NCBI GenBank assembly: GCA_043228905.1
Contig: JBHGNT010000008.1
Location: 8,990,001 to 9,054,000 of the forward strand
Origin: Azolla caroliniana
Lineage: Eukaryota > Plantae > Polypodiophyta
DNA length: 64,000 bases
Reading direction: 5' to 3'
Shown: piece by piece, positions 23,174 to 33,700 of the stretch
Numbering within the stretch: the first letter of the stretch is position 1
How the letters are laid out: every line of letters starts with the position of its first letter
Translations under genes and position numbers: made by a program
Notes under the pieces: generated by a model
Database searches by the model: none
The model's input: only the letters and a program-made list of their open reading frames with translations
Told to the model about the DNA's origin: nothing

Positions 23174-23716
23174 ACGGAGAACTGAGCTTCACTATACATT
23201 GGATATACAACAATGAGATCAGAGTACAACACTCTTTACATAGAGCGTAAATAGCCACGCAAGGCTCTTGGCGTATGTTGTTACAGAACACAACTATGGC
23301 GCCACACACTCTCTCTCCTGCCGTTCCCACACTTCTCTATCGCTCGCTACGACAGAGAATCAGAAATTGTCGTCACACCACATATAACATTTACCCTAGG
23401 TGTATTTATACTAATACACAGTATTTGCTACTTACAAATGTAGCCTCTCCTATACATCACTACTATTATTATCTATAATAATAATAAGTAGCTATAAGCC
23501 GACTCTAGGATCAACTGTCCAGTTGATCCAACTAGTCGGCCTGGTCATCGACTATCTGGTTGACCCGATTAGTCGGTTGCATCTTCGACCTAGATCTCCT
23601 TTCTGTTGATTCACCCAGTCAACTCTCACAGTCGATTTCCTCGCAGTCGACTCTTCAACCATCGATGCTCGGCCCGAACAGTCGGATCCTCCCACTGGAG
23701 GGACATATTCCTACCA
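23174..23716 (-). repeat. Inverted LTR of a copia A-related family (its other end may be 8601-8621 plus 14406-14427)
   Basis: Minus strand begins TGGTAGGAATATGTCCCTCCAGTGGGAGG, homologous to the copia A LTR start; no matching TSD found. Confidence 0.7.
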
Positions 23717-26105
23717 GAGAGTTATGGCATAAGAGACTAGGCCACATGAGTGAGAAGGGAATGCACCTACTGGCCAATCAGGAACTTCTCCCAGAAGTGA
23801 AAGGTGTACACTTGGAGAAGTGTCTCGACTACTTAGTCGGAAAGTAGACCCCTGAGTTGAATGGGCTTATAGAGAGGATGAATGGAACAATAATGGATAG
23901 AGTAAGGAGCATGTTGTCGCATGTTGAGCTGTTGAAAACGTATTGGGCTGAGGCGATGTATATGGCTATTTATATGATTAACAGGGCTCCCTCAGTACCA
24001 TTGAAAGGTGATGTCCCATAGAGGGTGTGGACGGTATAGAATGTCTCCTACTGACACATGAGGGTGTTCAGATGCCTAGTGTATATGCATGTGGCTAAGG
24101 ATCAGAGGTCGAAGCTCGACAGCAAGACAAAACCATGCATATTTATGGAATAATGGAGGACGAGTTCGGCTACAGGCTATGGGACTTAGTCGATAAGAAG
24201 GTAGTGAGGCATCAGGATGTAGTGTTTTTGGAAGACAAGACAATTGAGGACTGGAAGCAGCAGAAGTCAAAATCGACTTCCTAGTTAACTCCCACTACTA
24301 CCGAATTAAGGCCAAGTGAATCAACACAATTGGTTGTTCGGAGACAACTAGTCGGCACAACTGAATCCCAGTTGATCTACTTGGAGAAATCAACAAATAC
24401 AGATGAATCGAAGTCGGTGGACCTATTGAAGTCGATCAAGGACTACGAGTCGGAATCGGCTAATCGTCAATGAGCGATTGACAAATATGAACCCGAGCCA
24501 AGAGGAGAGTGAGCTGAGACATTTAAATTGGAACATAAAATGAGTGGAAGGAGATACCCACTCAGAGAAAGGAGAGAACCTACAACATATGCCAGTCAAT
24601 ACATACTCTTGACTGATGAAGGTGAACCAGAGTGCCATGATGAAGCCATTTCCGACGAGCACAAGGAGAAATGGCAGAGTGCAATGCAAGACGAGATGGA
24701 CTCCTCGCACGAAAACTATACTTACGACCTGGTGGAGCTACCTAAAGGTAAGAGCTCAGTCAGGAATCAACGGGTCTATAAGGTGAATACTAGAGAAGTC
24801 GACACAACACACCTAGATTTAAAGCCCCCATTGTGGTGAAGGGGTTCCAACAAAAAAAGGGTGTTGACTTCGACGAGATATTTGCACTAGTCGTAAAAAT
24901 GACATCGATCAAAACATTTCTAAGCATAGCTGTTAGTATGGACTTGGAGATCTAACAGTTAGATGTCAAGACAACATTCTTGCGCGGGGAGCTAGACGAG
25001 GAGATCTACATGCAAAAGCCCGAAGACTTTGAGGAGGAAGGGAAAGAGAACCTGGTGTGTCAATTGAAGAAAATCTTGTATGGGTTGAAACAAGCTCCAT
25101 GCGAATGGTACAGGAAGTTTGAATCCTTGATGATAGAACACAGGTTCCAGAAAACACAATCTTATCACTATGTGTTCATCAAAAGGTACGATGGAGGTGA
25201 CTTCTTGATTCTCTTACTATATGTTGATGACATGCTGATAGTCGAACAAGAGACGAATAAGATCGTGAGCTTAAAGAAAGCATTAGGCAAGTAGTTTGCC
25301 ATGAAAGATCTTGGACCGGCCAAGCAGATCCTAGGGATGCACATAGTTCGAGATAGGACTAAGAAGGGTCTATGGTTGTCATGAGAAGTATGTGATAAAG
25401 ACCTTGGAGAGATTCAACTTGTCGGAAGCAAAGCCAATCGGTTCTTTGTTACCGACTAACAGCAAACCGAATGCCAAGCAATGCCCAAGAGGGGAGAAAG
25501 AGAAGGCCGAGATTAGGAAAATACCATAAGCCTCATCCATTGGCAGTTTAATGTATGCTATGGTCTACACGAGGCCAAACATAACATTTGTTGTGTGGGG
25601 CAGTAAGCCGATACATGAGTAATTCAGGCAGAGATCACTGGGCAGCTATCAAATGGATACTCAGGTACTTGAAAGGCACCTCAAAGGTATGCCTTAGGTA
25701 TGGTGTCGGAAAACCTATGCTTGAAGGTTTACCTATTCAAACATTTCGTGGCAATCACAACTTCAGAAGTCTGTGGCTTTGTCGACCAGAGAGGCAGAGT
25801 ATATGTCAGTGGTAGAGGCCGACAAAGAGGTGATTTGGATGAGAAGCTTTCTTAGTGTGTTGGAAATGAAGCAAATAGAGTTCTTGCTTCACTGCGATAG
25901 CCAAACCGCCATACATCTAGCCAAGAATGTTGCGTACCACTCTTGAACCAAGCACATATAGAGAAGGTATCACTAGTTGAGGGAGAAAGGGGACAAAGGA
26001 GAGTTCACCCTTATGAAGATCTATATTGACGATAATGGATCCGACATGTTGACGAAGAACCTACCGATGGATAGACTCAGAGTTTGTTGACAAAGGATTG
26101 GACTA
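23717..26105 (+). pseudogene. pol: copia pol remnant (GAG-pre-integrase, partial integrase, RT, RNase H)
   Basis: LWHKRLGH, LLLYVDDML, HCDSQ motifs; many stops, frameshifts and internal deletions. Confidence 0.88.
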
Positions 26106-26138
26106 ACGAACTCCACCCATTGGAGTGAAGGGGGCGTT

Positions 26139-26812
26139 TCTTAGGAATATGTCCCTCCTATGGGAGGAGCCGACTGGTCGGGCGGAGTGCTGACAGTTGA
26201 TGACATGGAGAGTAGACATGAAGAGTCGATAGCATAAGAAGTGATCCAAGTCAAAGACACCACCAACTAGTCGGGCCGATCGGAGGGTCGATGACAAGGC
26301 CGACTAGTCAGTTGACACTGGAGTCATTTAGTCGAACCGATTGGTCAATCAGTTGGTTGATTACCTATTATTGTTATTTAAGATAATAGGAATGAAAGTA
26401 GTAGTGGCTTCATTTGTAAATAGCCCATATAGTGTATAAATATAAATACACTTAGGAAAAACATAGTAAAAGATGAGAAGAACAAAAGAACAAAAGAACA
26501 GAAAAAGGTGTTGTAAGCCTTTGTCGGAGAGTGAGACAGAGAAGAGAGAGTAGCGTGACCGAGAGAGAGGTGGCAAAGTTCGAGTGAACTTGCTAAGAAC
26601 CCTAAGTGGGTTATCCTCTAAGATCATTAGAGAAGATCTGTAATTGTTTTTTGTGTTCTCTTGTATAGTGGATCTCTATTCCCGTGGTTTTCCCTGTTTA
26701 GGGTTTCCACGTAAAATTGTGTATCTTGTTCATTTTGCTATTTTTCTATTTCCGCGTTATTGTGTAATACACAATCGGTCTTCCCCACGAATTTTAGGGT
26801 TTAATCCCATCA
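26139..26812 (+). repeat. 3' LTR of copia A
   Basis: Homologous to 5894-6577; preceded by purine tract GAGTGAAGGGGG; followed by ACGGA. Confidence 0.9.
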
Positions 26813-26817
26813 ACGGA

Positions 26818-27838
26818 GATGATCCAGACATTGTTGAAGGAGTACACGTTACTCGTTGCAGATATTCCATACAGATTCCGTATGGCGGGATCTTCTTACG
26901 ATGATGAACCATTTAGGTTCAAACAATTGGAGAAAATGGTGAAGGATTTCGCGGAGTTGGCCACAACGAGCTTATGGAGAATAGTGGTCTTTCATAGTAT
27001 GGACCAAGGATATTTTGTGGTTCAAGCGTTGAGATCTCATTGTCATGGTGTAGAGAACCTTACTTGGTAAGGCTTATACAACGATTAATTCAATTTTGGT
27101 TGCATTTCAATTCTTGTTAATTTATGTAACTAATACTTGAGTGTGTCTTTTGGTTTCTTTTTGTTATTTATAGGATTAAAACCAACGTTAATAGAGGACC
27201 GACATTTCAGTTTGTCAATGCTATTGAATACTTAATTGTTGGTTATTACGATGAAGTAAAGAAGCAAAGGAGTAAGGAACATTCAAATGAGTTCAGAGGT
27301 TCAAATCTGTTAGTGTACCCAATAGTTATGCGGAAATTGCGACATGTCACAACGATTGAACGTGGCCTAGTCAATCCTTACTAGAAGCCCCAATGACTCA
27401 TGATGTGCCATATCGAAATGTTCTTAAACGAAGGAGATTGGATTTTAGATTTCTTTTCTAGCACGAGTATGTTCTTAGACTTTGCTCTACAAAAGTATAT
27501 ACTATTGGTTGTCTAATTGAAGCTATGATCTTATTATTTTCGTGATAGGTACGACATATGCATGCACTTTGAAACTATTTCGAAATACAGTTGCATTGGA
27601 GAAGGACGAGGGGCAAGTATGTTTCATTAATATGCGGAGTAAAGCCTTATGGGAGTGCCCAGATCAAGACAAGGAGGTAGGGGCAAGGCGTATCGCGGAT
27701 ACAGAACGGTTTCAAGCTGCCTCTCGCGAGCTTATTCCTCCCTTGGTTGGTGAACCTAGGGAGCTTTTGGAGGAACCCACGGTAGCCAGCCTAACTAGAG
27801 TGGATGTCGATGCCCAAAATTCTGAGGACAGTTCTTAA
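26818..27838 (+). pseudogene. 3' half of ParB-MTase gene: beta-class N6A/N4C DNA methyltransferase domain (introns 27067-27173 and 27467-27548)
   Basis: EMIQTLLKEYTLLVADIPY (motif IV-like); LTWIKTN...FVNAIEYLIVGYY; NPY*KPQ*LMMCHIEMFLNEGDWILDFFSST[S]TTYACTLKLFRNTVALEKD (motif X, decayed FxGxG motif I, motif II). Motif order IV before I is beta class; GT-AG introns restore the frame. Confidence 0.78.
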
Positions 27839-28675
27839 AAGGAAGACGAAGATAATGATGAACTTATTGCAATGTAATGAATTTTGTATTTTATAAAAAC
27901 CATTGTAATCAAAGGTTTATTCTCTGTAAAGTAAGTTTGATTTTAGGTTTATATTGTTTTTTTAAATATGTCTACCGATGTTTATATTGTTACATTTGTG
28001 TTGTTGCTATCGATGTTATAACATTACTAAGCTTTACTAAGCTACATGTTCTAATCGACGTATTTGCTATAATCGTTTTAATCTAAGCTTCACTTTTGAA
28101 AACTGAATATGTTCTACAATTCGGACCCACCTTACTTTTGGATGTGTGACCATAATGAGTGTCCAAGTGTATCCGTTATATGTATGTGTGTATGGGTGTC
28201 CTCTCTCATAGGTGTGTATTGGGGAAACTCTCTCATGGATGTATATATCAGGCAACATTCCCTAAGTATTAGAGTGCATAACACATAATCATTAGCTATC
28301 ACTTCCATTTCTTCTCCCTACACCTCCGCACGATGGTTAAACCTGGATATCAATTGTTGTATAGACCATGTTCATAGTGTGCAATTTAACTACATTTTAT
28401 GTCTGAAGATCATGATTTTCTCAACATTTCAACCAACTTTGCAAATTGCATCATACAGTGTGAAAGTTTAACTATTGTCAATTGAATAAAGAATTTTCAT
28501 ATGATATAATTTTAAATAAGTTTCATATTTGGAGATCATCAACTTTAACAATGTTAAAACAAATACATGTTTTTTACTTTGAAACTTGTTAAATATTAAT
28601 AATTTACCAAATTCTATATGGGTTGATGAACATGTCACACTGTTGTCACAAATTTCTATATATTACATAAATTTG

Positions 28676-29222
28676 TGTTGAGAATAGTGCGGAATATAGC
28701 TCAACCACAACCGAGTAATGAATCACTTCAATGAGAATCAAATACAGAAATGGGAAATGGAGAGTACACAAAGGAAATACACAGGATGTTTACGTGGAAA
28801 ACCCAAATAGGGAAAACCACAAGAGTCCATGGACTCCAACTATCACTATAGGAGAGAGGTACAATCAGAGCCTCAGAGGCAATGACCTCGAGCTCTGTAT
28901 CTTCGCCAACCGACGGTTACAACAAAGTATCTCTCTATATCTCACGCTCTCTCCCTCTCTATCGCTCTTTCTCTGTACAACAGTTACAACGATATGAACA
29001 ACTACAACATACAACTCTCTCTTGCACCTCAAATGATTGTCCTAAGTCATATTTATACTTATATGAACTTAGGGCTATTTACAAATGTAGCCTCAATAGG
29101 CTTAGTCAAGACATATTTACAAATCTGTCTTCTCTTCCGGTTCTCACCGGGTCCATCCGATCCTGTTTCCGGATCTCTTCATTCACAACTGGATCCCATC
29201 CGGAGGGACCGATTTCCCAACA
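28676..29222 (-). repeat. Solo LTR of the copia B family
   Basis: TGTTG...CAACA; perfect TSD ATTTG (28671-28675/29223-29227); reverse complement of the 7214-7774 family. Confidence 0.93.
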
Positions 29223-29289
29223 ATTTGCACAATTGTGAAAGGAATCTAAAAGTGGAATGCATGATCCTTCCACTTTTGAAAGTGGTTGT

Positions 29290-30720
29290 GTTTTATTCAT
29301 TGCATTCACCATGTGTGCCACCGAGTTCGTCCCTCCTTGTGGCAAGGCACACATCTGAACTAAGCCGAGAGGGGTCTGCATCGTCGTGGCATCCATGCTT
29401 TCGACGACTAGTTGGAAGTTGGAACTAGTCATACCCCGACTACAAATCTCCAAACGAGTATATCGACCTTCCGACGAAGGCCTCCACGAACTCATCGATG
29501 GTCAAACCGACCCCTGCATTCTAGATTGTCACTCCAGATTGTCACTTTATTAACTAGATGCAAGTCCCGTATGAAGCGTAGCGTGTGAACCACCGATTCA
29601 AATATGGGGCACTCGACGGTTCGAGGATACCCATCTCAATCTTCTCCTTGAGCAACTCCATCAACTTCACGATGTCAGCTCTCGGTACCGGAATCAGTTT
29701 AATGCTACATGGTACATGCAGTACCGTGAATATCACCATTGGTTCCATGATCATTGGGTCAATGCACCCGATCTTTTACAACAAGAAAGCAAAAGTCTTT
29801 CCATGCAAGCCGTCATGATGTACAGTTCCCCTAGTATGATCAGGTGGGAGGACGTCTCTTGCACGAAGAAGTGTTGGTTGATTTCCACGTCTCCCACCTT
29901 TACCCTTACGTTTGGGCATGCACCGTGTAACTCCTCCGTGGCGCGGGTCGCCGCGTGTATCTTCCACCCATGCTTTGTGTTGATTGGCCACTTCCGTTTT
30001 TTGTAGAAATTCATGGACATTAGATTAATTTATGATCTGTGGTCAATCAGTGCCAGCACCGGCCCCTTCATGTCCCCGATATGAGCACTGTCTCTGTTGT
30101 TGCCCTTGCCTAGTGTGGTTGCATATAATGACTATCGGCATACTTATCTTCCCCCACCACTTCGTCGATGTGTGTTGCCTTTACCTTGACTGGTGTCTCG
30201 CTTTCTGGTTCAATCGAGGCCGCTTTCTCTTCACGAGGTCGATGCATGACATGGAACTCTTTCTTTGCAATACCCAATACCTCTCAGAACGTGAGTTTCA
30301 CCCAAATGTCGAGGATTTGCTCCAAGACCTTCCATAGGTCTGTCCACTTCTCAATCTCCGAGCTCAGCTGGAAGCTCAAAAATTTACCCTTTTCCTTTTC
30401 TTGTGGCTCGGTCGAACCACCTTCGCCTCCCTTCGGCCCACTCTGGGTGTCGTACCTGGCCAAAGGTCCTGCCGTTTCGGCCTTCCCAACCCGCTTATCT
30501 TCAACCAGAACTTCGTAGTTCTGGCACGTAGCTTCTACGAAGCCATTCTTCTCTTCCATTAGATCATTCCATTCAGTGACCTCTCTGATCTGCCTCTCCA
30601 CACGATCTGCCTCCTCCTTTTATAGCTTCTTCCTAGATAAGCCTTCGAGTATAACCAGCTAAAAACCAGTGTCGTTTCCGGAGCCGATGTTCTTCTCTCC
30701 TCCTATCCCGATGTCGACTA
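29290..30720 (-). mobile_element. Fragment of a gypsy C-related element (gag end, protease, RT pieces)
   Basis: Minus-strand peptides TTMQTPLGLVQMCALPQGGTNSVAH and KWPINTKHGW...QHFFVQE parallel those at 18003-19966. Confidence 0.8.
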
Positions 30721-30769
30721 AGGCCAAGTAATGGATCTTTCCCCTAGTGACTGGAATCCTCCACGACAA

Positions 30770-33700
30770 TGCAAGGAAGGACTAATGTTCATACTAGACA
30801 CCAATGATGTCGGCACTGCTATATATGCCAAGGGACAGAAAGTTGAATCAAATATCGAGTTGTGGCACAAGCGGTTCAACCACATCAACTTCCCAAAACT
30901 CCAAAATATGCAATCAAATCAAGTTGTATCTGGTCTATCGAAATTCAGTGGCCAAAAAGGCGAAATCTGTGAAGCATGTTAAGTTGGAAAGCAACATCGA
31001 CTTCCATTTCTCAATGAGCAACAAACTTGATTTTATCCATTTGGATGTCTAGGGACAAGTACACATAAGCTTCGGAGGTAGTCGATACTTCATCTCTTTT
31101 ATTGACGACTTCTTCAGGCACACATGGATCTTCCCAATAGAGAAGAAGAGCCAAGTTTTCTCTTGTTTCTTGAAGTTGAAGATCTTAATTGAATGGGAGG
31201 CTAATAGAAAAATCATGTGCTTGCGCTCAAACGGCGAAAAGGAGTACTTTTCCGGCCAGCTCATTGGATATTTGCAAACGGAGGGAATCTTAAGGGAATT
31301 TTCATACAAGTATATGCCACAACTGAATGGTGTGGCCAAGAGAAAGAATTGTACGATAGTTGAAGCGGCAAGAACAATGCTTGAAGAAAAGTATATGCCC
31401 AAAAGCTATTGGGCTGAAGCAGTTAGCACTACAGTTTATTTGCTACATTGGACACCGGTTAGGGGAGCTCAAGTGACTCCACATGAACAATAATTCGGGT
31501 GCATCTGAATACGGCACACATAAGGGTCTTCAGCAACATTGCATATATGCATGTGCCGAAAGAAAAAAGGAAGAAACTCGATGTAAAAGGTTAAAAATGC
31601 ATACTAGTCGACTACTCACATGCATAGAAGGGGTATAAGTGCTATAATCCTCAAGCCCGAGAGGTACGTGTGAGTCGAGATGTCTTCTTTGACGGAGAAG
31701 CCTCATGGCACTCAGAGCCAAACTCTAATGAGGATAGTATAGCTGGCTCTATTGAGGTGGACCTCGGACTTCAGGAAGAATGTCTAATCTCATTTCAGCT
31801 GAGTGCGCGACAAGAAGAGTTGACCCAACACAACCAAATGATAAGTGAAGAGGAATCATGTGTGATTTTGCCTAAGAAGAGGTTAACATGCCATGATAAA
31901 TGGAAGCTGAAGATGCTCCAACACAACAACAATGAAGAGGTGTATGATCAAAGTGAATCAGACAATCTGTTGGGCAATTACGATGAACCCTTAGAACCAG
32001 GGTCCGATCCGTTCAAAGCTTCGCCGATCATCACTTCATAAGATCCCTTTAATCTACTACAAATATAATGAGTACATGGTGCATCAATATGCATACATGA
32101 GGAAGGTAGCTTTGATACATCAACCAGAAAGCTTTTCGGAAGCATGGTGTAGAGATGCCTAGTGGCAAGAAGCCATGGAGGAAGAAATGTGGGCGTTAAC
32201 CACAAATGACACCTAGGACTTGGTTGACCCACCCAAACATTCCAAACCAATTGGATGTAGGTGGATTTACAAGATCAAGTACAACACCGAAGGTTCGGTT
32301 AACAGGTACAAAGCCAGGTTGGTGGCTAAAGGCTATGCACATACCCATGGAAGCAATTATAATGAGACCTTTGCGCCTGTTGCAAAGACGACGATGGTCC
32401 ATTCGGTTCTGGCTATCACAACATCAAAAGGGCGGCATATTCACCAGATGGATGTGAAGAATGGTTTCCTCCAAGGTGACCTTGAGGAAACTGTACATGA
32501 TACAACCCCTAGGATTTCGATCGGATGTGAACAAGTTAGCAATGTGTCGGCTAAAGAAGTCTTTGTATAGACTCAAGCAAGCTCTAAGAGGTTGGAAATC
32601 CAAGATTAATAGGGTGTAAGACTTCTCAATCTGACACATCCTTGTCTATCTGAAAAGGTCGAACAAGCGCGATATGCATCTTGTAGTGAAGCATATGACG
32701 ATCATCACAGGGGCCAACTTGTTCAAAGTAAGCCATGTCAAAACCCATTTGTCGACTGCCTTTGAGATGAAGATTTTGGGGACTCTTCATTACTTCCTCA
32801 GGATCGAAGTGATCCACACACCTAATGGTAACCTATTGACTTACGTCACTATGTGTTGTCGAAGTTGTCGAAGTTTGACATGACGGAATGTCGAGCTATC
32901 TCTACTCCCCTCGATCGCAACCAGAAGCTTCACCACGATTCGGGATTGGCATGTGATGAAGTGCGCTACCGTAAAATTATCAGAAGCCTGATCTATCTAA
33001 CGATCACTCGACCGGATCTGAGTTATCTTGTCGGCTTGATCAGTCAGTTCATGCAGAAGCCAACAAACGAACACCTGCAATGCATGCATTAGATATTAAG
33101 ATATGTTAGCGGCACTCATGATCATGGCCTCTTGTACAGATATGGTGTTGTTGAAAAACTAGTTGGCTATACAAATGTCGACTAGGCTAGAGATGCAACC
33201 AATCACCGCTCAATATCAGGCTTCATGTTCTCCATAGGAAGCGTGGAAATCTCCTAGTGTAGTAAGAAGTAGCCGACTATGGTGCTTTCCAACATATAAG
33301 CGGAGTATAGAGGGACAAAAATCACAACATGCAAGGCCCCTTGGATCAATAGGTTGTTGCAGGAGTTACATGTTCAAGTTGCCAACCCTATCCTTATTTA
33401 TTGCGACAACATGAGTAGTATTCAACTTGCCAAGAACCCTACCTTCCATGCTAGCACAAAGCACATAGAGGTGCATTATCATTTTGTGTGTGAGTGTGTC
33501 CTCAATGGTGCAATTGGATTGTGCTTCGTCCGTACTGATCAACAAGCGGTCGACATCTTCACCAAGGTACTTAGCTTCAACAAGTTACGACAGTTTTCTG
33601 AAATGCTCAGCTTGCAACATCTTGACCGGCCTTACTTGAGGGGAGAACAACTGAGGAGGAGGTGAAGGACAACAGAAAAGGAGCAAAACAGAACGACAAG

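Larger units (their letters stand above)
5894..26812 (+). mobile_element. Ty1/copia element A, degenerate; host of a nested insertion cluster
   Basis: LTRs 5894-6577 and 26139-26812; TSD GCGGA/ACGGA; tRNA-iMet PBS TGGTATCAGAGC 6581-6592; gag 6606-7213; pol remnants 23717-26100; PPT before 26139. Confidence 0.88.

Noticed and set aside
26818-27838. Bacterial contamination as the source of the methyltransferase
   Set aside because: The gene has GT-AG spliceosomal introns and is interrupted by a plant copia element with a TSD.
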